Positions 15,342 through 29,700 are shown, counted from the first letter of the stretch. The stretch: DNA of 64,000 bases from Chrysomallon squamiferum (GCA_012295275.1 CM022665.1:29078001-29142000), one strand, 5' to 3'. Notes: generated by a model not told the origin, from the letters alone. Program-made: numbers and translations.

Positions 15342-18300
15342 CTTTTGAGAAGAGATATACCTACTGATGCTGATGTTTGTTTAAAAAAGAAAGAATAATA
15401 AAATAAAATAAAACTTATTTTAATACATTACCTGATGTTCACGAAGATTAGCAGACCTAGCATAACATTTCCCACAAGTATCACACTGGAATGGTTTTTC
15501 TCCTGTGTGGGTCTTGGATGTGAAACTGCAGACTCTTAAGCCTCACAAATGATTCACCACAGATTTCACACTTGAATGGTTTTACCCCAGTATGCAGCCT
15601 CACATGTTCATCAAGACTAAACTTCTGACGAAACTGCTTTCCACATAGCTCACAAGTGTAGAATTTTGCTCCTGTGTGAATTATCTTGTGTGAATACAAA
15701 CTTGATAAGCTGCAGAACTTTTTTTCACAAGAATTGCAAGGATAAGGATCCTGACCAGTATGAGTCATTGTATGTGCCTGAAAAAGAAAAAGTATAAATA
15801 AGCTGCAATGCATAAATATATTACATAGCCATAACTAGACTCTTTTTGAAATGAGGTAAAAACACTTAATTGCCAAGCAGTGCAGGATAAAAAAAATCTA
15901 CTTATGAAATGATACCATGATCTTTCACATATTCATTGTACATTACAATTAATTTATCACTAGTGATAACAATAATCATTTGAAGTACAAAATTTTAATA
16001 AAACAGTTATTTTCTTATGCAAACAAATGAACATTTTAACAAGGTGACTATCTTCTAACCTGAAGTGCAGACATAACTCTGAATTTTTCATCACAATATT
16101 GGCAGGAGAGTGCTTTCTCTCCCAAGTGAAAATTCTTCTTGTGTGATTTCAAACCTGATGGCTCTGTGAAGCTTTTGTCACACTGGTCACATTTGTATGG
16201 TCTTTCTCCAGTGTGTTGACGAGTGTGGATTTTCAAGTGATCCAGTCTGCAAGAAAAATATACATATACTATAGCTGAAAAAGTATTAAAAGAAAATTGT
16301 ACATAATACTAAAATAGATTAAAAGGTGTAAGCCTGATTCAAATTCCATTTTAGTATATGTGTTTTAGTTTACTTTGCTTTTTAATGTAAGTACTTATTA
16401 GATTGTCTAGAAAACTTACTCTAACTATAGATGATTTTGAGCAATGAGCCAAATGTATGAAAATAAAGTCAAAACTGAAGTCTAATCACAATTTCTTCAG
16501 AATACATATTTAGAGTGTAAATGATACTTCAGTTATCATGAATTTAATCTGCGATCATGTTTTGTTTTAAACATCTTGCTAACAAATCCCATTGTTTCTA
16601 TAAACATGATCATTTAATATTAAGAACTAAGTGACTATTTTGGGCCCATATTTTCAATATATTTCCTTTTGTATTTATTTATAATTGTTTTGACAGATCA
16701 AACTGTACAATTCAAAAGCTATTTTGTCAGATTGTACTGCTTTTTATTTGCAACAGAAGGGTATCTTAATACTGTAATAGAATTTGTCAGAAATATTGTA
16801 ACATATTAACACAATATTTTTAAGTAATACTTTTTAATATTTAAAAATAGGTTTCATTCATGATCAGAGTTTTATTTTATTGTTGCTTTTTCATGACTAA
16901 TCTTTCTTTATGTTTAAAAAGGATGAAATTAAAATTGGACACCCAAATCCTACTGGAAATTCTCACCTGGCAAAATTCCTTCCACACCATTCACAGAAAA
17001 AAGGTTTCTCTCCAGTGTGTGTTCTCTTATGCATTTTCAGCTTGTCATATCGGGCAAAACGCTTCTCACACTGGTCACAAGTGTATGGCTTCTCTCCTGT
17101 GTGCACTCTCTTGTGTTCTGTTAGTTTATGTAGACGTCTAAATGCCTTCTGGCATGTGTCACACTTGTATGGTTTTTCTCCAGTATGGCTGCGAATGTGC
17201 AACTTTAGTTTATAAGCTGAATTAAACATTCGATCACATTGTGTACACGGAATCTGTGCTGCTTTTGTAGTTGACCTCATTTGCCTACGTGGATTGTAGT
17301 TTGGGCTAGTATCATCATCAAGTGCATCATCATAGTGATCCTTCAGATAGGCCATATTAAGTTTCAACAGATCCAAATCATCAGCATTTGTTTCAGCTGC
17401 CTGGGTCTGCTTAGCTTTAGATTCTGATGACATATCAAGTTTGTGAACTTTCATTTTGTGAAGTTTTAGTTTATCTGACCTTGCAAATTTCTTTTCACAG
17501 TGATCACAAGAATAGGGCTTTTCTCCTGAGTGTGTACGATAATGGATTCTCAACTTATACAGTTCCAAGAAACCTTTACCGCATCCAGTACACTCATATA
17601 ATTTCTTGCCATCAGGTAATATGGTTGGTTCAGGTGTGACAAAGAATCTGTCAACGCAAACCTTTGGCACTTCACTTTTAAAAGTGGTCCTCAGTTTTGT
17701 ATGAGGTACTTGAGGTCTTTTCTTCAAGCGGAGAAGTAACTTTTTCTTAAAATGCTGCCTGTTGCCAACTTTCATTTTCAATCGACTTGATGACCTTACT
17801 GGAAATTTTTCAGATGGGAATAGCTTTTGGACAGTTTGCATTTTTTCCTTCTTTATTTGCCAAACAGATGATCTTTTTATTCGGTCAGTTGCCTTTTGTA
17901 AGCCAAGCTTATCTGCTAATTCTAGCTGATCTGCATGGGACTTTCTGTGAAGAAGAAGTCCAGAAGATGTAGCAAATGACTTCTGACATACATCACATCG
18001 ATATGGCTTCTGTCCATTATGAGAGCGCTTGTGTATTTTCAAACTTGCAGTGTGGCTGAAATGTTTCTCACAAACACTGCACTTAGTGGGCTCTGATGCA
18101 TTAACATTTCCTGCATGCTGGCTTAGTAATGTCAGCAGACTCAAAGATGTTGTTCTGGAAATCAGCTTCTGGCAAAGTTCACACTTGTAGACTTTTACAA
18201 TTTTCAATGCACAAAGTGTCCATTTGCATTTCAGATGCTCACTGGACATATCTGCCTGGGATGTATCACCACGTTCATCACTGTGTTTACTAGGTGATGT

Positions 18301-18912
18301 ATTACCAAGGTTTGCTGTATCTTCTTTAATATCTGGATAATCCTGATTCAGTTCCTGCGGTCTGCAATGTTCAGAAGCTGCACTGAATGTATTTTGTGAT
18401 GTAACTTTCTGTGAGACAGTTTCATCTGCTTCTATTTTAATAGAGTCTGCATCACTCTCTGGCATGTAACTGGAATTGCCTGCAGTGCTGTATCTGATGT
18501 TGCTAGCACTGGAAATAGTGCTCATATCACTTTCATTAGCAGACCACAATGATTGTCTTGAATCTGTCATATACATAGAAGTATTTCTTGTCATATCTTT
18601 GTTTGAAAAACAGTCCATCTCTTGTCTATTAACAGGCCATGGCATATTCCTCTGCATATAACTTGTATCCATCATGTAAGGTGTAGTGTTTTGCAAACCA
18701 ACACCCATACTGGTCTTATTGTGAAAATTATCCATGGCAGTTTCATTCGTATTCCAAGCAGGTCGTTCAAGGTGAGTTGTGTCCATTCTCGGTTCAATAC
18801 CTGGCCAAGCACCTGCAGGATAGCCAACAGTGCTGCGAGACATGCTGCTTAGACAGACAGCAGCTTCATTTTCATCACTTGACCGTCCAGTTGCATGAGG
18901 TAACTGATCCAT
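14803..18912 (-). CDS. ZNF-B: C2H2 zinc-finger protein, ~970 aa, 4 coding exons, paralogue of ZNF-A (one extra base at ~15516 as assembled)
   Basis: ATG at 18912. GT-AG exons 18912-16967, 16246-16060, 15777-15432 and 15243-14803 give continuous fingers across junctions (NFAR|LDHLKIH; SALQ|AHTMTH; NLREHQ|MHHTGEKP). The third exon is 346 nt between phase-0 junctions; removing one G at 15516/15517 restores [17 protein letters not shown]. Confidence 0.9.
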
Positions 18913-20027
18913 CCTGATACACAAGGATGTTTTTTTTTCAGTTATATTTCACAAAAATAATTTACTTTTCATTTACATTCATGATGGAATATGAAAATAC
19001 ATCATATGAAGTATTACTGATGTCTTCTGAAATATAACATTAATGTAGATGATCACTGCTGTAAATACAGTCAAGGTTTTGGCCAAATCTGGTAACAGAA
19101 GTTTTCTTTGGAACACATCTGTATGATGCCACAGCTCAGGTCTGAAAAACAATTTAACATAAATAAATGAATAAATAAACAATGAAAGTAGTTTCTGTTT
19201 ATTAATAAATAATAATATGTAGATGACTATTTTTATTTTTATTGTTACATACTTATTCAGCAGAATGAATGATCAAAGTACAATAATATTTATTAGCAAA
19301 AAGCACATTTTAACAAAGCTGATGTTTTTGTCTTTTTGTTGTTCTTTCTGTTTCTTAATTACATGCATATGTATATGTGGATTTCACTATTACTGCATGC
19401 CAAACAGTGGTGTTTTGGTTTGCAGTTTTGTTTTTTGTTTTTGGGGGGTTGTGTTTTTCTTTTTTTTCTTTTGTGGATTTTTTGTGGGTTTTTAAAAACG
19501 AAAATTCTAAAAATGTTGATAGGAAACAAGGTAAACCAACATACTGATAAAATCCATTTGCAACCTCTGTAATTGATGCAATATAGGTAAATGTTGCATA
19601 TCTCTATTTAGGTAATATTATTATTAGAATAACATCACCAACTCTTTTTGGGACATTTGTTAGAAATTTTAAAAATGAAAGAACCATTCTTTTTCTTTTC
19701 TTTCTCTCTTTTTAAAAAAATCTTCAAAAAGAATAAATAAATTAAAAAAGCTAAAAACTAAATGGCATGCTGAAGTCTGGTGATGCCCAGGGCCAACTCC
19801 TCAATTAAATAAATAATGAATAAATATGTTCATGATTGGGAAAATATTAAAATCTGGGTCTTTATTTAATATTTTAAATTGGAGTTTAGGATGTTTAATT
19901 GCTAATGTTAACATACATGTATGTACATATAGTTTTTCAATAAAGTGACCCACTGAAAAATATTGAAATGTATCTTTAGCTGAGCATGCTTAATAAACAC
20001 ACACAGATCACATACTAATTGCTAAAG

Positions 20028-20057
<30 letters not shown>

Positions 20058-20120
<63 letters not shown>
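20058..20120. repeat. (AAT)n microsatellite, preceded by a poly-A run
   Basis: Directly visible. Confidence 0.9.
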
Positions 20121-20123
<3 letters not shown>

Positions 20124-20499
20124 TAAATAAATAAATAAATAAATAAAGCATTAGATGATTAATTTTGCTTTGGTGGGACAGGGAATAAAAACCTTGTTTA
20201 ATACATATAACACGGATGCTCCTGAAATACAATTTATGGTTAAATAATTATATGTATCAGTTATTAACTGTTGTAATCACTGAAGTACAGTGTAGGCAAA
20301 TCACAGTAATGTAGGCCAGTGCGTTTCCAGGCAGTAATTTAGAAATGGATAATGTAACAGAATGTTGGTCTCGGCATAATCACTTTCCGAAACTAGAATT
20401 AAAACAAAATATTACACGACAGTAGCTAATAGTATAAACTCCAACTTCATTATATCAGTCGCAAACTATTACAAATATGTTTATGTAGGTTAATCTGTT

Positions 20500-20830
20500 A
20501 ACAATATTTTTGGCATCTCGGTGTACGAAAATCGAGACACCCACCCAGGTCACTACCTGCGTTCGTTGCATTACCTCTATTTCGTCAATTCTTCAAGGCC
20601 CTGTTTCAAATTAATGTCCATCGTCAAAACACAGTTATTGTTTACATTAAAATTATAATTAACTGTTAAGTGGCAACTGATGACACGGCAAACAAATCGT
20701 TTCTTTTCGATAAAACCAAACAACAGGACAAGGGAAGCAGAAAAGGGAGCACCGCACCGATTGGGATAACATCCGGCAAAATCTCATGAATATTAAGTGA
20801 TAGAACACGCATGTCTGTCTCGCAGCGCGA
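20500..20830 (-). promoter_or_regulatory. Probable promoter and non-coding first exon of ZNF-B
   Basis: CpG-enriched patch 1.6-1.9 kb upstream of the ZNF-B ATG; candidate donor GCAG|GTAGTG near 20556; CCAAT on the minus strand at ~20760; acceptor for the large coding exon at ~19142. Confidence 0.45.
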
Positions 20831-21343
20831 ATTTGGAATTACACATATTTTCAGTTAACAGGGCTTCTATTCAATTTACTTATTAAAATAACAGTATAAA
20901 TTGCTGGTTTTAAAAAGTAATATAAAAATGTGACAAGAAGTTGCTCTTTATATATATATATTGATGCCTCGTGAGAATTATAAATATGCGATGAAATAAT
21001 TTAATAAATGAGAATTATAAAAATTATTATGAAACACATTATTTTTCCACCTGGTTGTACTTATATTTTTTCAAATATAGCATGCAACATTTTTTTCTGC
21101 AATTGGTGATGTCCCATTTGTTTGATTTTTCACAAGATCTTATCCAAATAAAACTGTTAAGAATAAAAACCGTATCATGTATTTAATATTACACACACAT
21201 AAATGTATAAATGATAACTGAAGTAGTTTACTGGAGTAGGAACATTATCGTTTCATAATATTATTAATAATATTTTATTATCATTACCGTCACAAGATAT
21301 GAAAACTACAAAATCTAATTAAATACACATTAATACGCAATTG

Positions 21344-21568
21344 TCGGGTATGAGGGGAGCGTACGCACACGCCCAACTGTAGTCTACCGAGATGAACTGT
21401 GTGTTTTTGCAGTTACGGCGGGTGCTATGTCGTAATGCGCAGCAGAAATGAGATGTAGACAAACATCTACTGCATCTCCTGCATTTTAGATTTACCATGG
21501 CAACTACAGCCCTTTGAGCCGTCGATTACGCAGCCCCTCCCCATATACTTTTCCGCGTACGGGCCCGA
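21344..21568. other. CpG-rich imperfect fold-back containing an RFX X-box (candidate regulatory element, structured RNA or old MITE)
   Basis: Nested inverted matches TCGGG/CCCGA, TATGAGGGGAGCGTA/TACGCAGCCCCTCCCCATA and CTGTAGT/ACTACAG, three internal hairpins, and GTTGCCATGGTAAA (minus strand) at 21491-21504. Confidence 0.4.
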
Positions 21569-23745
21569 AATCTAATGTAATAGTAAAACCAACAAATTTC
21601 ATTCGTTAATCACGTCGTATGTGGCGATAGCACCATTTGTAAGTTCTCATAAATGGACCATTTTAGAAGGCTTCTGCTTTTCACTAAAACAAATTATTGA
21701 ATATATACTCCGTTTTACAACTATTATTTTGTACAAAGTAAATATTATTTGTATGTCAGTAATCAGAAATATTGGATGATGAATAAGTTAAAAAAAATCA
21801 CAATAATAAATAAAAATAAAAATGATAGAAACTGTAATAACACAAAAAATGGACATAACAGATTTTAATAATAGAAAAACGTCAAAACATCATTGATGTG
21901 GTTGTCATTGATTTATTTAGTTTGGCACAATCTATAATTTTCATGCTTTCTACTGAATAACCCATTTTGGAATATGTATAAAATGAGTATATGAAAAAAT
22001 AGCACAAATATATCTAATGCAGTTTTTAAAGTCTGTTTATAATTTATATTACGAGAGAAAAAAAGAAAGATTTACCACTAAATTACTAATTTCTGAATTT
22101 TATCGAATTTTTCTCTTTATGGTTTCATTATAATTTTTGCTTTGTAGTGTGTGAAAGGACATGAAATTCTGATCTTTGTGATGTCAGTACATGATATTTT
22201 GAGTTATCCAATAAAAGCCACATTTATATTTCATAATATCTATTATATGTAAAGGCAAAGTTGATTAAAACTGAAGGTCTAAAGTTTTTGTTCCTGGAAT
22301 GAATCCTGTAATGTCATTTTTATTTTATTTTTTTATTTATTTAGAGTGCCATTATTAAGATGGTAGGATATTTCATCTTTAATTTGTATTTTATAATAAT
22401 TAATTTTTAAAACATTCATTACAATCAATCAATCAGTCAGTCAACACACACACACACACACATATAAACATACATACACACAAATATATATGAGTAACAT
22501 CTACTCAAGTATAATTGAAACTGTTGTTCACTGATGCAACTACATTGTAATAAATTTTATTAAAATTAAACTAGTTATTTACTCCTTTGCTGATATGGCT
22601 GAAGTGTTATTTCTCCCTTGAAAAAAAAAAAAAACTGGCGAAAATTCAGTAGTAATATACATATTAATAATGGATATAATGAAATAGTGTATGTATATGT
22701 ATGCATGTGTAAAATAATAATTAAAATATCCACACTATTTTGCTTTTTATGTAGCTATAGGTTTGAAAATCTTACAACTAAATCTGGTAAATGATAATAA
22801 AATATAACTGATATAACCATGGATTCCTGATCTAGAAATATTATTTTGAAATATATGCTGTTTGTATTACTTTGAAATAGATGGAAGTGAAACAAAGCAA
22901 ATAAATAAATAAACAAACAAAAAACAGCAACAAACCAACCCAACCCCCTAAAAAACAAACAAACAAAGAATGCAATAAACATAAAGAATCATAAATTCCA
23001 GTGGTTTATTCACAAAATATAGAAAAAACATCTGAATATATATTAAGTGCTATAACAGCAATGAATATTTAAATAGTAACATCATCATCAGATACTGAAA
23101 ATGAAAAGTGGTGTTATTTACATATAATGCAAATTTATTTTATAAATACATATTTCTTCAACAGTTTACCTTGAAGGAAGAATTTAACTTTTTAAGAATC
23201 TCTGATTTAATAATTCATTTTTTTTTTTTTTTTTTTTTTAACAATTACAAAACAATAATTACATATATTAGATTGGTTATGATGATGTTCATGGTGTTCT
23301 AATTAAGTGTTCCTTTTTACCAAAATACAGTTATATGCATGGCCCTTGAAATTATAGTTGTCTGTCTGTATCAGCAATAAACTGTTGAAAATAATAAAAC
23401 ATGATGATAAAATTACAAGCTAAAAAGAATGCATAGAGATTCATTTCTTACATACCACAAATAATCTATTAAGACCATCTGATTAATCTATAGCTGGAAT
23501 GCAAAACAATTTTTTTTAAATGTAGTACTTCTACAAATGCTCATAAACAACACAGTTACCTTTAAGTTTTATATAGTTAAAAGTATCATTGTGGAGGGAC
23601 AGCAAAAAATATATGTGTGAAGTAATTCTAAAAAGTTAATAATGTAAAAATAATAATAATAATAATTTCATTAAACTGACTGATAGAAGAATGCTAGATA
23701 AATTTCATTAACTTAGTTTATATATATATTTCTTATTTAAAAATC

Positions 23746-26156
23746 TTATTTATCATTTCCCACTGAGTTCACAACAACATATTGTGTATGGTCTTGTTCA
23801 CTGGGTGTGAGAGTAAACATTATGTTTTCATTATTTATTGAAACCTTTTTCATTTCATGCGTCTCAGGTATGACATTTTTAAATTCAGATGAAGCAGTGT
23901 CTGATTCAGACACATATGTAATCTGTCCATCTGATGAAATTATCTCTTGCCCCTGGGTAATGAAATAATGATCATCAGAAATACTGTCTTGGGTTATATA
24001 TGTTATTTGGTCGTCTGGCAGAAGCCCACATTGTTGTTCAGTCATGTAAGTGATCTGTTCATTTTCATTATTTACATTTGGTTGTTGGCTTATAACTATG
24101 TAATGAGTTTCATTAGGCTCTTTCTTAATTTGAGTAGTGGCCATAACTTCCTGCACAATTTGTGATGCAAAGAGCAATTCACTGACATCAGTTGTTGACA
24201 TTGTTTGGACACCAGTGCTATCAAAAACAGGTTTTTATCTGCAGATTCAACTGTTGTTCCTATAAATTCAAGTTGACTGTTATGTCCAGATACAACAGGA
24301 ACCATGGAGTCTTCTTCATCCTCTTGTTTCTCAGTTTTTACCACAAAGGAAGTTTCTTTTTTTACTCTGCGCCGAACAGGTTTATCTTTGTTTCGAAGGT
24401 GGATAAGTCTGTGTCTGCTGAGATGAGATGGTGTTCTAAACCATGTACCACACAGATCACACTGATATGGTTTTTCTCCTGTGTGAATCCTCTTGTGAAC
24501 TCTGAGAGAGCCCATTTCTGTAAGTACAGTACCACATGTATCACAAACAAAAGCACCTTTTCTTTTCTGTAGGCATCTTGCTCTATGCTTCCGAAAGTAA
24601 ACATAATCTTTAAAGTTTACTCCACATTTGTAACAGAGATAGCTCTTTTCACCATTGTGTGACCGGACATGAATATTGAGTCTTTTCTCACTTGTGAATT
24701 TTCTGCTACAGTGATTCCAAGGACAGATCAGTGGAGCACTGTCTTTGGATTTACTGTGAACAGTTTCCATATGAAGTGTCATTTGTCTTTGTTTGTAAAA
24801 ACTACTAGGACACAACTCACAAGTATACTTTCTTGTTGATAGTGCCTCTCCTATATTATGCTGAATTTTACAGTGTAGAAGATAATTACTCTGAACCTTA
24901 AACTTTTTCTTACATAACTTGCATGGGTAAGGATAATCCTCACCATGTTCTTTGACATGAGAATTCAGCTGAGGAGCAGAGCAGAAAGACTTTTTGCATA
25001 TGTGGCATGTTTGAATCTGAGCATTATCCATGTGTTTCTTCAAACATTTCTCAATGTGAAATCCTCTGTCACAGATAGAACATCTGTAATCTTTGCTAGA
25101 TCTGTGTAACTGCTTGTGGTGTTTTAGCTGAGTTCGACAACGAAACTCTTTCAAACAATAATCACATCTGTAAGGCTTCTCTCCTGTATGAATTCGGTTG
25201 TGAACATTCAGTTTGTCTTCAGAAGTGAATGTCAGTTCACAATCTGTGCAAGTGTAAGGTCTGTCTCTAGTATGAATTAGTTTATGCGTTTCAAGTTTAG
25301 ATTCACTGTGAAATATTTTTGTACATTTATCACATTGATATTCATTACCACTTTCTTTTTTGTGTTCTGCTAGATGTATTTGTAAACTTTCACTGGATAA
25401 AAATGACTGTGAACAAATGCTACATTTTTGTGATTTTATTTTTCCTTTTTTCTTCTCATTCATCAGCCTCGGCAACAGTTTTTTATATGATTTCTTAGGG
25501 TCTATATTACGTGTGTTATACTTATGATCTTTATGAGTTACCTTAAATTCACCAACAGATATATCACTGTTTTCTGAATCAAACATGTCATCTGCATCAG
25601 ACGATTCAGAAAGTGATGCCTCTTGTTGTTCCTCATCAAAATTACTAATATTAGCTTTTGGTTCATTTTCAGCTGTCTTGGAACTATTTGACGATACAGA
25701 CTCTTGCAAGCATTCTTTGTTTCCATCCTTACTGGAACAGCAATTAGCATTTTCCTGAGAACTTTCTTCAGCTTTGGCTTCACTTCCAGATTCTTGCATA
25801 GAGTCTTCTGAAGCACTTTCATTTGTTTTTTTAACAAATGGAGGAATATTTTTAATATCTACACTCTTGGACTTTTTATACTTAGATATTTTATCCAGTT
25901 TTGTGTTTGCTTCTTTTATTTTAGCTTCCTCAGCTGGTCTCAGAATTTGAGATTTTTTCTCCTGATGAACCTCCTGGATTTTATTTAGTACCATTTTCTT
26001 CATTTTCTTCTGGCCACATGAAGCCAATGACTGAATTTTTGCTTGTTTTGTCCATCTTAACGTCCTTTTGGATACATTTTTAAAACTGTCTGAAGATTTC
26101 ACAACTTTTCTAACCTTACTTCTTGTCAGAGGGACAGATATATCCTTGGTTTTCAT
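23746..26156 (-). CDS. ZNF-C: C2H2 zinc-finger protein, ~12 fingers plus acidic/Gln tail, single coding exon (1-nt frameshift at ~24232-24236)
   Basis: ORF 26156-24096 carries the fingers. The tail ORF 24201-23746 is in the -1 frame, which opens directly at an A5 run; adding one A gives ...ADKKPVFDSTGVQTMSTTDV... (~803 aa). Splice acceptor just upstream of the ATG. Confidence 0.88.
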
Positions 26157-26734
26157 AATTCTAAATATTTATTTCTGATTTAAAAAAGTAAAGATAAGAA
26201 AAAGTTAAAAAAATAAATAAATAAAAGGTTAAAAACAGGTTTAAAAAAAATGTATACCTACAGAAAGCACAAAAATAATAGTTTGTTCATAAACAGAGCC
26301 ACTTACATATAAATCAAAACTGTATGCCTTATTACAGCTCTAAGATTTAAAGCATTTATACTGTGTTAGTATGTTTGCTAGGCAAGAACCCAGATTTGTC
26401 AAGATTAATGGTACTTTTTCTTGTTTTTTGACATTAACAAAAATTACAGTTAAAAGTCTAATGTGCATTGTTATGAATTACCACTGACATTTTAGAAATC
26501 CCACAACTATGTTCTTTAATTATCTTGTCTTTATAAGGATACCTTATTTTCAGTGAAATCAGGACTGTAATGGTATTTAGAAAACACTGTTCATAATAAC
26601 TCAAAGTTGTGTTGGTTCTATGCAGTCTTCTAATCACTTGTACAAATTGCTGGAATGTTTGCTGTATAACTAAAAAATAAAATAAAATACATAAAAAATT
26701 AAATTAAAAAAATGATAATCATGACATATATGTT

Positions 26735-26771
<37 letters not shown>

Positions 26772-29700
26772 TATTTTTTTTAACACTTTCTTTATTTCAT
26801 AAAATACATTTCAATAATTTCTAATACACCAAGGAACTCAAAAATAATATAAAAGATATTCATTATGTTAGCTTTTAAATCAATAAACATCAATGTTATT
26901 TCATACCACTATTTTAAAGCCACAGTTTTTCATCTGTAAACATTTTTGGTCAGCTACATACAAGGTAAGGCATTGTTGGTATTATACAATTTATATTCAG
27001 CTCTATCACTGTGTCTCTTGTTTATTAAAAAGGAAAATATATATAAATAAATAAATAAAATCAACATCCTTTACATAAATGAATATGTAACTAAAACTTC
27101 AAAACAAGAGAGAAAATTCAGTTGCCATTTCTAGGGGTACTCCAATTAATTAACAGCCTCCCATGGACAGGAAAGCTTGTACCATACCAGCTTGAACGGG
27201 AAAAGCCAAGTGAGTGAGTTGATGATGAAAGTTTTAGACTTTCTCTTTTGTTACATAATTTAAAATTAATTTTATGATGTGACAATGAATTTAACAATAA
27301 AATTATTGTTATTAAAACAATTATAATTTCATTTGAAAAAAAAGAAGAAGAAACCGTTGTGTTCTGAATCCTCTTTGGTCTATCACATTATTTTTATCAA
27401 AAACTGGTTTTCAGACAGAGACAAAAACAACAACAACAACAACATAATAATAATAATAAATAAATAAATAAGTAAAAATAAAATAATTTAAAGAACACAA
27501 AAAACAACAGATACTCTTTTAAAAATAACAACTGGACTATTACAATAATTTAAATGTCTGGATAGTGAAACTTTTCTGAATGATATTAAGTTACAGCTGG
27601 TATATATCTTCTTTCCCTTTTCAGTTTTTAAATGTAAAAAGACCAGTGAAAAGTGTAAGTTACAGTAATAATAATTTTTTAACCATTTCATAACTTAATA
27701 GATGTAAGTATATAACATATAATTTTTATATTTATACAGACTAAAGAATATATTAATGGCAAATGGCATTCCTTAATCTATTCATTTGTAATTGGTAAGA
27801 TTGTATTATATGAAAATTGGGAATACATTTCTATGTGATCAGCAGTTAGACTGACATTATGAATATAAAACTATAGGTCAGAAAAGAATATACGTCAAGC
27901 ACTGAAATAAATAACTTTATTAATATGACGTATAAAAAACTGTAACGATTATTTGAATCGGTAATAATTATATTTGATTAATTGATCTAGTAGTACAATA
28001 TATTCTGATTATAAAATGCAAATCATACATAATATGTAACTGATGGTCCTGAAAAATATGGTCAAAATAGTTTCATCAACATAATATAATTGGAACAGTA
28101 AAAATTCGTATATTTACATTGTTTTCATATTTTAAGCACAAAACGACAAAGTTGAAACTGTGTTGAGAGACACAAACAAAATCAGATTTTTGAAACTGTG
28201 TATAAAGACCTTCCACCTGTTAACCCAAATTAGCAATCAGTTACATTGTACCGAACTATCTTCGTGTGAAATTTATTTTTGCAACCTCATCGATACTTCA
28301 GGCGCGTTTTCAATGTCGATATATAAAAATATTTATTTGCCAAAATAATATTTGGCCAAATTACATGCTAGTTGCCAGCCGGAACTACTTTCATTCTTTT
28401 ATTAAAAACCCTCATTTTATACATTACGGAAAAGGATTGAGAATTAATAAATTTTCCTATTGCGATCTTTGTACTATCGTTCGTTTTCAGTGCATTGTAG
28501 ATCTGTTTCATTCTGTCGCACATATTAGTACATGACAGGTTTATAACAATGATGATGTTGATGATAAAATAATCACTGTTTTAAAATAAATCAGACGCAC
28601 CCCATCTAGCAATTTTTTTTTTCTTCTTTTAAACATATATATATAGTTTACACACACACACGCACGCACACACACTCACGCACGTATATTCATTCTGTGG
28701 ATTCTATATAAAAAAGACAAGGAAATAAAAACTATATTATGTATAAATTTACTGATAATCAGAGGAAACAATCATTCATGACCAAAATGGAAATAAGTGA
28801 TTTCACTTTCTTGTGTTGTGTATTTATATTATTATACAAAATGAATAAAATAAAATACATTTTTTCCCCTTCTTCTTAACAGTCTGACATTTCAAAAATT
28901 AAGTTGCCTATTTTAATTTCTTAAATACTTGACACCACTTAGAGTTTTTTCAGGGTTGCATATATTTTTTAAAATATTTTAATTCTTAACTAGTCTTGGT
29001 TGCACATGGTTACTTAACCATCTTTTTCAGGGTAGTTAGCTTGCTCTGGACACTTTTGAAGTGTATATTATCTTAAATAACATTTTAAAATTCTAATAAT
29101 TTGGTTTTAAATATTATTTAGTTTTGAAGCAAATCTTGGAAAACCTGCTGATGCCTCTGGAAAGACTATCCCTATTAACTGAACCAGAAAGCTTCTAAAC
29201 ATACCGATAACAGGAAAAAACAAAAAAATACATATTTCATCTTAAAATATTTTATTGTCATTCACTGTCAAGTTTTATCACAGAATTTCATAAACAATGT
29301 CCAATTTTTTTGTCTCAAAATATTAAACAATGGATGTATGAGCTATTGCCCTTTTCATAAGGTTTGCGAATGAATGAATACAAATCTATGTAGAAACATG
29401 AATCATGTTTGAAGAATAAATATATATATTTTTTTTTTACAGATTTTTTATCCATTTTTAGAATGCACACATTGAGATTAAAATGTAGCGATTCAAAAAA
29501 TTGATACACCGGCCATCATCTTTTGTTCTTTATCAGATAAATATGAACAGGAAGATGTTGCAATTTGTTTTTCTCCAGTGTTAAATTACAATCCAGGAAG
29601 CATAGCTGTTTAATGTTTATGTCAAAACAATTAAATATTAACCCCCCCACAACAAACAAAAACAACAACAAAAAACAACCCCCAAAAAGTGGAAAACTTT

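Noticed and set aside
21365-21385. ACAG-UUGGG-CGUGU (minus strand) resembling telomerase P6.1
   Set aside because: The stem is imperfect and no CUAACCC template lies upstream on that strand.
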